Position numbers and translations under genes: made by a program. A model generated the notes under the pieces. The model ran no database searches. It was given only the letters and a program-made list of their open reading frames with translations, and was not told the origin of the DNA. From Spirochaetia bacterium (GTDB taxonomy: Bacteria; Spirochaetota; Spirochaetia; UBA9216), in the NCBI GenBank assembly GCA_965140585.1, contig OZ223264.1, positions 512,001 through 576,000 of the forward strand: a stretch of DNA of 64,000 bases, written 5' to 3'. Below, in pieces: positions 10,862-21,467 of this stretch (position 1 is the stretch's first letter; each line of letters starts with the position of its first letter).

Positions 10862-10945
10862 AAGAATATCAAAATACCCGTAAAAGTCAATTAAAGTGCC
10901 GAATCATATTGATATTATTATTTTCATACAGTATCAATATTGCAT

Positions 10946-11905
10946 ATGTCTGCTGTTTTATCTCTTTTATCACTACTGGTCTTCATTGCCGCAGGAATGT
11001 TTTCCGCATTGCTTCCGGTTGTCAGAAAATCTTCGCTGATAGGAAAAATTTCAGCAGTACTGCTGTATCTGCTGCTTTTTTTTATGGGCTTCAGGATCTC
11101 TTCAGTCACCGACCCTGCTCAGATCGTTAATATCGGGTTAATGTCTGTTGTTTTTGCAATTGCCGCTGCAGCCGGAACCGCTGCTGTACTTTATTCTTAC
11201 TATGCAATGCGCTTCCGTTTTTCAAAGGCAGCAGTCCCTGCAGGTGCACAGGATGATATCAGCAGTAATTCCCCTGCAGAAAAACATTCAGGAGGCTTCA
11301 GTCTTTCCAGTCTTAAGGATCCGCTCAGATTGCTTGCGGCTGTTATTGTCGGTTTTATTTCAGGCAGTCTAATTCATATTCCAGGTTTCACCGGTGAGGA
11401 TGTTTCAACCTGGATGCTGAGATTTCTTCTCTTTACCATTGGAATAGACCTGGTTAAAAATGGTGTCAGCCTGAAGGAATCGCTCTCAGGCTTTCAGGCT
11501 GTTATTCTTCCCGCTCTAGTTGTAGCAGGTACTATTGCCGGAAGTCTTCTGCCTGCGATTCTTTTCAGCGTACCTGTCAGAAACGCCGCGGCTGTCGTCT
11601 CCGGTTTCGGCTGGTATTCGCTCTCAGGAGTGCTTATTACCGATATGGGTGACCCCCTCCTGGGCTCCGTAGCCTTTCTTTCCAATATACTCAGAGAGAC
11701 AATAGCCCTTATAACAATTCCCTTCATCGGCCGGACCAGGTATAAGGATGTAGCCATCGGTATTGCAGGTGCTACCAGCATGGATGTTACCCTTCCTCTT
11801 ATTGAAAAATGCTGCGGATCCGCGAAGGTTCCGCTATCGGTGGCCAGCGGAGCAATCCTTTCACTCCTCGTTCCGGTTCTTGTTCCAATCCTTTTTCAGG
11901 CATAG
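10946..11905 (+). CDS. LysO family (DUF340) lysine exporter-like membrane protein
   Basis: Multiple TM segments; SGFGWYSLSG, FLSNILRE, GATSMDVTLP. Confidence 0.85.
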   Translation: MSAVLSLLSLLVFIAAGMFSALLPVVRKSSLIGKISAVLLYLLLFFMGFRISSVTDPAQIVNIGLMSVVFAIAAAAGTAAVLYSYYAMRFRFSKAAVPAGAQDDISSNSPAEKHSGGFSLSSLKDPLRLLAAVIVGFISGSLIHIPGFTGEDVSTWMLRFLLFTIGIDLVKNGVSLKESLSGFQAVILPALVVAGTIAGSLLPAILFSVPVRNAAAVVSGFGWYSLSGVLITDMGDPLLGSVAFLSNILRETIALITIPFIGRTRYKDVAIGIAGATSMDVTLPLIEKCCGSAKVPLSVASGAILSLLVPVLVPILFQA

Positions 11906-12032
11906 AAATTCGCACGGATCGCTGATTCAGAACTTGATTTTTTGCTGATATTTGTGCAAATTCTTCTCTATAACACAAGGTCGACAGAATCTGGCTGAGT
12001 CCTCAGCCGGTTTAAATATAAGGAGACATTTT

Positions 12033-12815
12033 TTGCGCCTCTCTTTCAAAAAAATGCGGACAGTTTTTTGTGCCGTAATCATCTTCTCAGTTCTTCCCCT
12101 TTTCAATGCCGGTACAGATTCGGCATCATCAGAGCATGTCTCATGGCTCGGGGAGGCTGAGTTTATCGGAGATTATCAGGTTTTCTCCGAAATCAAGGAA
12201 CTTGATCTTTATTCGCCCGAAAGTTTTGCAGCTACAATAGTTCTTTCAGATAACGAAGATATGGGATATGTACTTTACAGGGATCCTTCATTCAGATCAG
12301 AAATATACAGTTTCTATACAGGTATCACCGGCTCTTCTGAGATAGCCTCAGCTGTTATTGAAAATGCCTATAAAAACGGCATATCCTTCACCCTTGCTTT
12401 TTCACTGATGTGGGCGGAAAGCGGATTCAATCCCGAGGCGGTCAACCGTAATGCCTCAAGCATCGACCGCGGGCTCTTTCAGCTCAACTCAAAATCATTT
12501 CCCGAGCTCAGAACCGCTGACTTCTTTAATATTCAGACCAACGCGGCTGTCGGGCTTTCATACCTCAGCTACTGTCTACGGCAGGGTGATAATGAAATAG
12601 TCGCACTTGCAATTTACAATGCCGGTCATAACCGAGTAAGCGGAGCAGGAGCTCCCCTGATGACGCTTGAACATATATCAAAGATTCTCGATTACCGTGC
12701 AGAACTTGAACGTAACTTTGAAAGGTATATTTCAAGGACCGGAAAGATAAGAACCGATAAAAAGGCTGAAAAGAATTTGATTCCGGTAGTTGACACCCGT
12801 AAGGCTCTCAAATAG
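12033..12815 (+). CDS. Lytic transglycosylase (SLT domain) protein
   Basis: WAESGFNPEA, DRGLFQLN, YNAG; in-frame TTG 12033 follows SD aaggag. Confidence 0.85.
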   Translation: MRLSFKKMRTVFCAVIIFSVLPLFNAGTDSASSEHVSWLGEAEFIGDYQVFSEIKELDLYSPESFAATIVLSDNEDMGYVLYRDPSFRSEIYSFYTGITGSSEIASAVIENAYKNGISFTLAFSLMWAESGFNPEAVNRNASSIDRGLFQLNSKSFPELRTADFFNIQTNAAVGLSYLSYCLRQGDNEIVALAIYNAGHNRVSGAGAPLMTLEHISKILDYRAELERNFERYISRTGKIRTDKKAEKNLIPVVDTRKALK

Positions 12816-12818
12816 AGT
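12790..12818 (+). promoter_or_regulatory. Promoter of the DAHP synthase fusion, inside the upstream CDS, apparently leaderless
   Basis: TTGACA-17 nt-TAGAGT, 6 nt before ATG 12825; no SD. Confidence 0.6.
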
Positions 12819-12824
12819 TTTACC

Positions 12825-14723
12825 ATGATTATAATACTAAGCAGAGATATAACCGAAGAGCAGAAATATAAAATTTCATCCTTTCTGGAGACCCGGGGAT
12901 TTAAAGTAAAGGAAATTGTTGGTGAAGAGGAAACCGTTCTTGGAGCCGTCGGATCAATTTCAATCGATCCCAGAGCCGTTGAACTGCTTGAGGGCGTAAA
13001 GTCCGTAATTCCAATATCAAAACCCTACAAACTGGCCTCACGTGAGCTTAAAAAAGAAGATACAATTATAGATGTCGGCGGTGTTCTCATCGGCGGTCCA
13101 AGGGTTGCTGTTATTGCCGGCCCATGCGCTGTAGAATCCGAAGAGCAGATAGAAGAAGCTGCAGCAGCCCTGTATGAAGCCGGCGCTGTTATTCTCCGCG
13201 GCGGCGCATTTAAACCCAGAACCTCTCCATACTCCTTCCAGGGACATGGAGAAAAAGGACTTAAATGGATGAAGGCCGCCGGTGAACGTTACGGAATGCC
13301 GATAGCTACCGAAATTGTATCACCTTCCTATATTGATATTATGCGTGATTACGTTGATATCTATCAGATTGGTGCCCGCAATATGCAGAACTTTGAACTG
13401 CTTAAGATTGTCGGAGAGCTCGGCAAGCCAGTAATACTTAAGCGCGGCCTGTCTGCAACCATTGAAGAATGGCTGATGGCTGCTGAATATCTGCTTGCTC
13501 ATGGTACCGACAATGTTATCTTCTGTGAACGCGGTATTCGTACCTTCGAAACATATACAAGAAATACCCTTGATATTTCTGCTATTCCAATAATAAAAAA
13601 ACTCAGTCATCTTCCTGTGATCTGCGACCCCAGTCATGGTACCGGCATCCGCGGGAAAGTTTCTCCGATGGCGCTTGCATCGGTTGCCGCCGGAGCCGAC
13701 GGTCTGATGATCGAGGTTCATCCGCATCCTGAGCAGGCTCTTTCTGACGGACCGCAGAGTCTGTATCCTGCGCAGTTTGAGAAGCTGATGCGCGATATCG
13801 AGGCGCTTGGGCCTGTTATCGGAAAGGAAATTTCAAGACCTCTTAAGAAAAGCTTTAACATCTACCGTTCTTCCGGAGAGAAGGCTGTAAGCACAAGCGG
13901 AAAGCTAAAGGTTTCATACCAGGGAGAACCCGGCGCCTACAGCGAATCCGCCGCCGAGAAGCACTTCCAGAATGCAGATATTGAATTCTTTCCCGGTAAG
14001 CGCTTTGAGGATGCCTTCCTGTCCGTCTTCAAGGGTGAAAGTGACTACGGGGTTATACCTATCGAGAACGCGCTTACAGGCTCAATCCATGAGTGCTACG
14101 ACCTGTTTCTCAGGTTCCCGGATCTGAAGATTGTAGGAGAGAAACAGATAAGGATCCAGCATAACCTCATCGGTCTGCCAGGAACCGACATCTCTAAAAT
14201 AAAGAGAATATATTCACATCCGCAGGGTCTGCTGCAGTGTTCGAAGTACCTCGATACTCTCAGTGCTGAACGGGTTCCTTATTACGACACAGCAGGCGCT
14301 GTTGCCTTTGTCGCAGAGCAGAAATCAACTGATATTGCCGCTATAGCCGGAGCCAGGGCTGCTTCAGTATACAAGATGGAAATTCTCAGAGATGGTATTG
14401 AAACCAATTCTGTAAATTATACCAGGTTTTTTATAATCTCCAGATCAGAGCATCCTTTACCCATAGATTGTGACAAAGCTACTGTCGTCTTCTCTGTAAA
14501 AGATGAAAAAGGAAGTCTTGTTAAGGTCCTCCAGCTTTTTGACAAGCAGGAACTTAATATGAAAAAACTTGAGTCCAGACCTATTCACGGAAAGCCGTGG
14601 GAATATATGTTCTATGTGGATTTGGAAGTCTCTGCACCTGAAGCATTTAAGGCTTCAGTCGCGGAAATTACAAATGTTGCGGATGATTTCAGGATTCTGG
14701 GCATTTACAAGGCCGGGATCTAA
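12825..14723 (+). CDS. aroF: Fused type I-beta DAHP synthase (N-terminal regulatory domain) and prephenate dehydratase with ACT domain
   Basis: IAGPCAVES, GGAFKPRTSPYSFQG, QIGARNMQNF, DPSHGTG, SDGPQSL; then YQGEPGAYSE, PIEN, SHPQ, NYTRF, LESRP. Confidence 0.93.
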   Translation: MIIILSRDITEEQKYKISSFLETRGFKVKEIVGEEETVLGAVGSISIDPRAVELLEGVKSVIPISKPYKLASRELKKEDTIIDVGGVLIGGPRVAVIAGPCAVESEEQIEEAAAALYEAGAVILRGGAFKPRTSPYSFQGHGEKGLKWMKAAGERYGMPIATEIVSPSYIDIMRDYVDIYQIGARNMQNFELLKIVGELGKPVILKRGLSATIEEWLMAAEYLLAHGTDNVIFCERGIRTFETYTRNTLDISAIPIIKKLSHLPVICDPSHGTGIRGKVSPMALASVAAGADGLMIEVHPHPEQALSDGPQSLYPAQFEKLMRDIEALGPVIGKEISRPLKKSFNIYRSSGEKAVSTSGKLKVSYQGEPGAYSESAAEKHFQNADIEFFPGKRFEDAFLSVFKGESDYGVIPIENALTGSIHECYDLFLRFPDLKIVGEKQIRIQHNLIGLPGTDISKIKRIYSHPQGLLQCSKYLDTLSAERVPYYDTAGAVAFVAEQKSTDIAAIAGARAASVYKMEILRDGIETNSVNYTRFFIISRSEHPLPIDCDKATVVFSVKDEKGSLVKVLQLFDKQELNMKKLESRPIHGKPWEYMFYVDLEVSAPEAFKASVAEITNVADDFRILGIYKAGI

Positions 14724-14734
14724 GCGGATAACGG

Positions 14735-15268
14735 ATGGGACTTACTGCTGATTTTTCACCTGAAACTTTAATTGTCGGAGTTCTTTCTGCAGATATACGG
14801 ACTTCAAAGAATATAGTCACTGAGCTCGAATCTCATTTCGGGCCTGTTGACTATGAAAGTCCTGTCCTCGATTTCAACTACACCGAATACTACACTCCCG
14901 AGATGGGAGCCGGACTCAAGCGCTGGTTCTATTCATTCCGGGATCTGGTTCAGCCCGACAGGCTCGGACCGATTAAAAATCTGACAAATGAAATAGAAAT
15001 GAAATATGCTCCGGAATCCGGAAACCGCAGTATCAACCTCGATCCGGGGCTGCTTGATCTCAATCGCCTGATACTTGCTACAACCAAGAATGTAGGGCAC
15101 AGGATTCCTCTTACCGAGGGAATCTACGGTGAGGTTACCCTTATTTATATGAAAAAGGATTACCACCCGCTTCCATGGACCTATCCGGATTACAAGAGTG
15201 AAGAGTATAAAGCAATACTCAAAGAGATCCGTGACAATTACCGGCAGAAATTGAAGCAGCAAAAATAG
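14735..15268 (+). CDS. DUF4416 family protein
   Basis: TEYYTPEMG, RSINLDPG, LILATTKN..HRI, PWTYPDY. Confidence 0.75.
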   Translation: MGLTADFSPETLIVGVLSADIRTSKNIVTELESHFGPVDYESPVLDFNYTEYYTPEMGAGLKRWFYSFRDLVQPDRLGPIKNLTNEIEMKYAPESGNRSINLDPGLLDLNRLILATTKNVGHRIPLTEGIYGEVTLIYMKKDYHPLPWTYPDYKSEEYKAILKEIRDNYRQKLKQQK

Positions 15269-15288
15269 TCATCTGTTTTCACTTCTAT

Positions 15289-16077
15289 GTGACTTCTGGA
15301 AAAATATTGATTTCGTTCTTACTGTTGATGCTCTGCTCATGCTCGTTTTTTTCAGACAGCATCTCTGTTGTTCTGGTAATTCCAGACTTTCCTGATGGAG
15401 CTCAGCCTCCGGGACTGGAAGCCTGGCGTGTGGTGTATCCGGAATCTATTTCAAAGGACGGCTGCTGTTTTGCAGAACTGATCATTGATTCCTTGACTGA
15501 TGAAGAACCTCCGGTTATTGAAATGAGCAAGGGCGTGAATCTACCGGTACTTGTCTATCCTGTATATGCAGACGGTACCTGCAGCAGCTTCCCGGCCGGG
15601 GGCTTATTTCCTGCTGACTACAGAGGCGGCAGCCTCGTTCTTTCCTGGGACACCGGTCCGGCTGCAGAAATAATCCACGATTTTTCCCTGCAGGGGGAAC
15701 TGTTTGAAGGCTTCAATGCAGTGAAGCTCAGGGGGGTGATAATGGAAAAAGCTGTACAAGATTACAATGATGATCCCTGGTTCGCTGACCCCGTTGAAAT
15801 TAAAAGCAGGCTTGGATACGGACTTTTCAGGGAGAGTTCTGTAAAATCAAGGGAAACTGCTGATTTCGGTATTCCGGCGTTCAGCAGAACCTGGCATTGC
15901 GATAATCCATTTGTGCCTGAAATTATTGCTGATGACGGAGAACTGCGGGTAATACTATACAGCGGGCTGACATACCGTTTCTTCTGCAGCGACGAAGTTA
16001 TTTCAGTATATTTTAATGAGGATTACTGGGTCTGGAAAAATTCTGCTATTGGAGCCTCAGGATACGGGACGAGGTGA
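15289..16077 (+). CDS. Hypothetical lipoprotein
   Basis: Hydrophobic N-terminus with lipobox-like LCSC; 262-aa ORF in operon position. Confidence 0.6.
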   Translation: MTSGKILISFLLLMLCSCSFFSDSISVVLVIPDFPDGAQPPGLEAWRVVYPESISKDGCCFAELIIDSLTDEEPPVIEMSKGVNLPVLVYPVYADGTCSSFPAGGLFPADYRGGSLVLSWDTGPAAEIIHDFSLQGELFEGFNAVKLRGVIMEKAVQDYNDDPWFADPVEIKSRLGYGLFRESSVKSRETADFGIPAFSRTWHCDNPFVPEIIADDGELRVILYSGLTYRFFCSDEVISVYFNEDYWVWKNSAIGASGYGTR

Positions 16078-17176
16078 GCTTTTCCACACCGGTTTCAGTG
16101 ATGAGAAAATCATCCTCATAACGCACTCCGCCGGCTTCGGCGTCATATAATCCCGGTTCAATAGTGAATATCATTCCAGGTAGCATGGGCTTGTTGTACA
16201 GCTGGTGATTTTTAAGAATCGGAGCTTCATGAACATCCAGTCCTATTCCATGGCCCAGGCTGTGGGGCATAGTCCTCCCGTTTGTTGAAAAGAAGCAGTC
16301 AACAGCCTCGGCAATGCCGGCCGCTGATATTCCCGGTTCTGCCGTTTTAAAGGCTATGCTGTGGGCTTCTTTTACAAGTTCTACCATCTGCTCCTGTTTT
16401 TCAGAAAGCTTTCCTCTGCACACGGTCATCGTTATATCAGTAGCATAGCCGTCAAGCTTCAGGCCGCAGTCTATGATCGACAGGCCCCCTCCGGTTTCCA
16501 GTATTCCGCCAATGGGCCCGGCACTGTAGGCTGGTATACAGTGTATTCCCCATGAGCGGGTTGGTCCTGCAGCAAGAGTTTCAAACGACGGGCCTTCGGC
16601 TCCGAGCCTTCGGGATTCGGCTTCTATCAGCATGGCTGCATCGATTTCGGTTTTGATACTTCCGCTGCTGAATCCTGCCTCCAGAGCGTCTATCAGTTTA
16701 TTAGTCATTATACCGGCTTTGCGGTATAGCGCAATCTCTGCCTCATCCTTTATCGATCTCATTTCAAGCAGCTTTTCAGAAACTCCATCGTCCCGGCAGA
16801 CAATCTCAAAGCCCTTAAGTTCGGCTGTAATTTCGGTATAGAGCAGATACGGAGTTCGGGAGGAAAGTTCTATCCGGCCGCTGCTCAGTTTACTGCTGCA
16901 TATGGACTTCAAAGCCTTCACGGCATTCCGCTCAAACTCGGCGTAGGGAATTATTTTATCTGCAGCAGCAGTTTTTTCTGCCATTATAATATCCCAGGGG
17001 ATGAGCACAGTACTGGCATCGGAAAATATTACAAGAAGCGCATCTGAATCCATTCCGGAAAGGTATTGGAGATTCTTTGAACGCCGGGTTTCAGCATCTT
17101 CAATAAAAACCGCATCAATGTTTTCCTTCTCCATCCAATCGCATAATTTTTCAATTCTGTTTTTGTAGGCTTTCAT
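16046..17176 (-). CDS. Xaa-Pro aminopeptidase (M24 family)
   Basis: RSIKDEAEI, IIDCG..GYATDITMT, HSLGHGIGLDVHEAP, TIEPGLY, GVRYEDD. Confidence 0.92.
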   Translation of the reverse strand: MKAYKNRIEKLCDWMEKENIDAVFIEDAETRRSKNLQYLSGMDSDALLVIFSDASTVLIPWDIIMAEKTAAADKIIPYAEFERNAVKALKSICSSKLSSGRIELSSRTPYLLYTEITAELKGFEIVCRDDGVSEKLLEMRSIKDEAEIALYRKAGIMTNKLIDALEAGFSSGSIKTEIDAAMLIEAESRRLGAEGPSFETLAAGPTRSWGIHCIPAYSAGPIGGILETGGGLSIIDCGLKLDGYATDITMTVCRGKLSEKQEQMVELVKEAHSIAFKTAEPGISAAGIAEAVDCFFSTNGRTMPHSLGHGIGLDVHEAPILKNHQLYNKPMLPGMIFTIEPGLYDAEAGGVRYEDDFLITETGVEKLTSSRILRLQ

Positions 17177-17295
17177 AGACGCTCCCTGTTTTATTAGAAG
17201 TTAAAGACATTAGCTGAATTATATCATGTACAATACAAAATATATATGTATATTCAATTGCCATATTATATCGTCCGATGTTATCTTGTCTTATG

Positions 17296-17962
17296 CCTCT
17301 GATTGATCCTCAGGGTCATACCGTAGAAGTTCCTATAAAACCAATGGATTTGTCTGATTTTGAGCCTGAAATTACTGTATCTGAATTTGCTGTTGTAACA
17401 GAACCGGCGTCCATAGAAAACGGAGTAGCTGCAGAATACAATGTAACAGCGGAAAACGGTGATTCTGTTACCTGGACCGTAACCATAAATCTGGCTTACG
17501 GTGTTCGGTATGTATTTGATGGAACAGAAGTAGTTCACCTGCATGGTTTTATAGACAGCACCGATCCGGACGATGATAAAATGGGGCTGCGGAATTCCCG
17601 GTATAGAAATTGATTCATCCAATGGCAGGAGTTCGGGGATTATACTGGAGCAGGAATATGATTGAAGCGTAACAAGTTCAGGACCCCAGTGGGATTATAC
17701 AAATCTGGATATAGATAATTCTTCAACAGGTTACTGTGACGGCAACCTGAACCTCTTTGATTTTTCTGAAGAATCCAGATACAGTTTTACTCTGAATATA
17801 AATATTCTGGAAACCGGGTCTATTGATGATGATTTTAAGGCAGTTTTTGATGGAATGGGTGGTCTTAACAGCAGCGTCCCCCTGAGCCGTGCATCCTCTA
17901 CTCAACTTACCGGAGGATATGCTAAACTGAAGGTGGTGGCCTGGGCTTCTCCCAGCCGCTGA
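17296..17962 (+). pseudogene. Degraded paralog of the downstream lipoprotein
   Basis: Aligns with 18008-18802 from FEPEITVSEFA and YNVTAENG to GYAKLKVV; no signal peptide, +1 frameshift near 17583 (G run), in-frame TGA at 17663. Confidence 0.8.
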
Positions 17963-18007
17963 TGTTATTTATCAATATATACTTACTATTATGAGGAGAA
18001 CTTTTAA

Positions 18008-18802
18008 TTGAAAAAAAGAATATTTTTAGTGCTTCTGGCAGTTCTAATGCTTGGGCTTGTTACCGGATGTGATCTGTACAATTCGATTTTCGGTTCATCA
18101 GAGGCAGTAATTCTGGACTATGCTTCCGACTATATTGTTGGAGATCCGGTAATTGATCTTGAAGCGCGGACAGTTGAGGTGACAGTAAAACTGATGGACT
18201 TTTCTTCATTCGATCCTGAGATCACTGTTTCAGAATTTGCTCAGTTGTCAGGCCCGGAATCTATTGAAGACGGTGTTCCTGCTGAATATACAGTTACCGC
18301 TGAAAATGGAGAAGCAGTTACCTGGGAAATAACCGCGACAATGCAGTACGGTATTATTTTTGTAATGAACGGAACAGAGATTTCACTGCTGCATGGTTTT
18401 TCAGACAGTGAAGAAGATGCCCATGATGCCGCACTTGGCAGTGGCGTCCCCGGAATCATCAAATCTACCGATTCTGACTACAGCCAGAACTATATTCTAG
18501 GTGAAGAGGATGATCTTGCAGTAGATGAGTCGGAAATTACCTGGGATTATGCTGATTTTGGATTCGGAGGGCGTTCTACCGGAACCTTCGACGGAACATT
18601 ATATTTCTCAGATTATTCCGAAGGTGTAAGATATTACTCGGATATTTCAGTTACTGTCTCAGTATTCGGGGATACAGGAGCAGATTTTAAAGCCTCTTTC
18701 ACAAAGTCTGCAACCGCTGAAAGCAGAGTTGCGGCTGGAGATGTAATGACCAGCCTTGTTGACGGTTTTGCCAAGTTAAAGGTTGTAACTGTCGGTCCGT
18801 AA
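18008..18802 (+). CDS. Lipoprotein with an Ig-like domain (YTVTAENG motif, DUF5018-like)
   Basis: SD gaggag, TTG start, lipobox VTGC, acidic beta-rich sequence. Confidence 0.75.
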   Translation: MKKRIFLVLLAVLMLGLVTGCDLYNSIFGSSEAVILDYASDYIVGDPVIDLEARTVEVTVKLMDFSSFDPEITVSEFAQLSGPESIEDGVPAEYTVTAENGEAVTWEITATMQYGIIFVMNGTEISLLHGFSDSEEDAHDAALGSGVPGIIKSTDSDYSQNYILGEEDDLAVDESEITWDYADFGFGGRSTGTFDGTLYFSDYSEGVRYYSDISVTVSVFGDTGADFKASFTKSATAESRVAAGDVMTSLVDGFAKLKVVTVGP

Positions 18803-18823
18803 GCATAGACTGCCTGGAATATC

Positions 18824-18864
18824 AAAAAAACACCGCATCAGCATAGGCTGTGCGGTGTTTTTTT
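18824..18864. terminator. Bidirectional Rho-independent terminator
   Basis: A7-caccgca...tgcggtg-T7 between the convergent lipoprotein and leuS genes. Confidence 0.85.
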
Positions 18865-18920
18865 ATACGCAAGTTAAAACTCAGCGAGCTATAACATTTT
18901 GCTGTAAATGTTGATTAAAA

Positions 18921-21431
18921 TTACTTAACTACAAAGTTAACCAGTTTATCCGGTACTGCAATAACCTTGACTATATTTTTCCCTTCGAGATAGGCTGCCA
19001 GCTTATCGCTTTCCCGGGCGGTTTTTTCAAGATCATCCTTCGACAATCCGCGAGGAAGCGCAATTCTGTCGCGAAGCTTCCCGTTTACCTGAAGAATCAC
19101 AGTTACCTGATCGTCAATCGTAAGCTCCTCATCCCAGGCCGGCCATTCCTGTTTGCAGACGGAAGGCTCATTGCCAAGCATTTCCCAGAGCTCTTCTGCA
19201 ATATGGGGAGCATAGGCTGAAAGCATAATCAGGAATTTTTCCCATGCTGTTTTGTACAGCTTATCTTCTTTGAATGATTCATTTATAAAGATCATCATCT
19301 GGCTGATAGCAGTATTGAACTCAAGTGCTCCGGTATCGTTACTGACCTTTTTGATAGTCTTGTGAAGCAGCTTGTTAAGCTCTGCCGGAACAGCTTCAGT
19401 ACTCAGCGGTTTCTCGGTCATTCTCCATACCCTGTCAAGGAAACGGTGAACGCCGGTCAGGCCCTTGGTCTGCCAGGGTTTTGAAACCTGAAGAGGCCCC
19501 ATGAACATCTCGTACATTCTCATGGAGTCTGCGCCGAATTCTTCGATAATATCATCGGGGTTAATTACGTTTTTAAGACTCTTGGACATCTTGGCAATCA
19601 CCTGCTCAACGCTTTCGCCGGTAGCAGTTTCTACAAATACGCCTTCAGACTTTTCCTCTACTTCATCAACAGGCACAAGTGATTTGTTGGGCCGCTGGTA
19701 GGCGAAGGAGGTAATGAGTCCCTGGTTGATAAGCCGTTGGAAGGGTTCCTTTGTTTTTACAACACCGAGATCGTAAAGAACTTTATGCCAGAAGCGTGCG
19801 TACAGCAGGTGAAGAACCGCATGCTCGGCACCTCCTACATATAGATCAACAGGCATCCAGTAATCCTGGACAGCTTCAGATGCAAACTCTCCTGTATTTT
19901 TCGGATCGAGGAAGCGCAGGTAGTACCAGCATGATCCGGCCCACTGCGGCATGGTATTTGTTTCGCGTTTAGCTGCTGCACCGCAGACGGGACAAGTTGT
20001 GTTTACCCACTCATCGATTCTTGCAAGCGGAGATTCTCCTGTTCCGGAGGGTTCATAGCTTGCGACATCCGGCAGTTCAAGCGGAAGCTCTTCTTCGGGA
20101 ATCGGTACTATTCCGCAGTCAGGGCAGTGAACCAGTGGAATCGGCTCGCCCCAGTAGCGCTGACGGCTGAAGATCCAGTCGCGAAGTTTATAGTTTACAG
20201 CTGCATGACCAAGACTTTTTGATTCAAGCCATTCTGTGATTTTTCCAATTGCCTCCTGCTTGCCCAGACCGTCAAGAAAGCCTGAGTTTACATGAGGGCC
20301 GTCTTCGGTGAAAGCAGCCTCGTCAACATTGCCGCCCTTGAGCACTTCAATGATCGGCAGACCGAAGACCTTGGCAAATTCCCAGTCACGTTCATCATGA
20401 GCAGGTACGGCCATGATAGCTCCGGTTCCATAGGAAATCAAAACGTAGTCAGCAATCCAGACCGGTATTTTCTCTCCGTTAACAGGATTGATCGCATAGC
20501 TTCCCGAAAATACACCGGTTTTTTCCTTTGCAAGATCGGTTCTTTCAAGGTCTGATTTGAGTGAGGCCTTGTATATGTACTGCTCAACCGCCTCTTTATT
20601 CTCTGCGGTTGTAAGTTTCTCAATAAGCGGATGCTCGGGGCTGACAACCATGTAGGTTGCACCGAAGAGGGTATCGGGGCGTGTTGTATAAACCTCAAGT
20701 TCCTCATCAAGGCCGTCAAGCATAAATTTAACATCGGCACCCGTTGATCGGCCAATCCAGTTGCGCTGCATAGCCTTGATCGAATCAGACCAGTCCAGGC
20801 TGTCCAGATCCTCAAGCAGCTTATCAGCGTACTCGGTGATCTTGAGAATCCACTGTCTGATGTTCTTCTTTTCGACCTGGGCACCGCAGCGGTCGCATGT
20901 GCCGTCATTTACTTCCTCGTTTGCGAGACCAGTCAGACATGAGGGGCACCAGTTGATCGGTGCAGCAGACTCATAGGCCAGTCCTTTTTTGAAGAGCTGA
21001 AGGAAGATCCACTGAGTCCAGCGGTAGTATTCCGGTGTATGTGTCTTTATCTCCCGACTCCAGTCGTAACTGAATCCGAGGCTCTTTATCTGCTTGGTAA
21101 AGTGTTTAATATTTTTTTCGGTAGTCGCCTTGGGGTGAGTACCTGTCTTGATTGCATAGTTTTCCGCCGGAAGTCCGAAGGAGTCGTAGCCCATGGGATG
21201 AAGGACATTGTAGCCGTTCATTCTTAGGTATCTGCAGTATATATCGGTTGCTGTGTATCCCTCGGGGTGGCCTACATGCAGTCCTGCACCTGAGGGGTAT
21301 GGAAACATGTCCAGTACGTACATCCGCTTTTCGGGCGGGAAAGACGGGTCCTCTTCGACCCTGAAAGAGTTGTTCTCTTCCCAGTATTTCTGCCATTTCG
21401 GCTCTATTTCGCTAAAAGGGTATCTGCTCAT
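18921..21431 (-). CDS. leuS: Leucine--tRNA ligase
   Basis: [27 protein letters not shown] editing motif, KMSKS. Confidence 0.98.
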   Translation of the reverse strand: MSRYPFSEIEPKWQKYWEENNSFRVEEDPSFPPEKRMYVLDMFPYPSGAGLHVGHPEGYTATDIYCRYLRMNGYNVLHPMGYDSFGLPAENYAIKTGTHPKATTEKNIKHFTKQIKSLGFSYDWSREIKTHTPEYYRWTQWIFLQLFKKGLAYESAAPINWCPSCLTGLANEEVNDGTCDRCGAQVEKKNIRQWILKITEYADKLLEDLDSLDWSDSIKAMQRNWIGRSTGADVKFMLDGLDEELEVYTTRPDTLFGATYMVVSPEHPLIEKLTTAENKEAVEQYIYKASLKSDLERTDLAKEKTGVFSGSYAINPVNGEKIPVWIADYVLISYGTGAIMAVPAHDERDWEFAKVFGLPIIEVLKGGNVDEAAFTEDGPHVNSGFLDGLGKQEAIGKITEWLESKSLGHAAVNYKLRDWIFSRQRYWGEPIPLVHCPDCGIVPIPEEELPLELPDVASYEPSGTGESPLARIDEWVNTTCPVCGAAAKRETNTMPQWAGSCWYYLRFLDPKNTGEFASEAVQDYWMPVDLYVGGAEHAVLHLLYARFWHKVLYDLGVVKTKEPFQRLINQGLITSFAYQRPNKSLVPVDEVEEKSEGVFVETATGESVEQVIAKMSKSLKNVINPDDIIEEFGADSMRMYEMFMGPLQVSKPWQTKGLTGVHRFLDRVWRMTEKPLSTEAVPAELNKLLHKTIKKVSNDTGALEFNTAISQMMIFINESFKEDKLYKTAWEKFLIMLSAYAPHIAEELWEMLGNEPSVCKQEWPAWDEELTIDDQVTVILQVNGKLRDRIALPRGLSKDDLEKTARESDKLAAYLEGKNIVKVIAVPDKLVNFVVK

Positions 21432-21438
21432 GAGAGGT

Positions 21439-21467
21439 ATGATACCCGTGTGAGTCTATCTCGTCAA
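21439..21467 (-). promoter_or_regulatory. leuS promoter, apparently leaderless
   Basis: TTGACG-17 nt-TATCAT, 7 nt before ATG 21431; no SD. Confidence 0.65.

Noticed and set aside
10197-10883. 228-aa plus-strand ORF and many similar antisense ORFs (e.g. 38047-38622, 2612-3094, 22303-22788)
   Set aside because: They are shadows of well-supported genes on the opposite strand, with no recognisable motifs
11991-12010. Hairpin ctggctgag/ctcagccgg upstream of the SLT gene as a riboswitch
   Set aside because: A single short stem with no recognisable aptamer motifs
17663-17665. In-frame TGA as selenocysteine or alternative-code readthrough
   Set aside because: It aligns to Leu in the paralog, the copy has other lesions, and TGA terminates normal genes in this window
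21432-21467. T-box or other leader for leuS
   Set aside because: Only 36 nt of intergenic space, fully taken by the promoter
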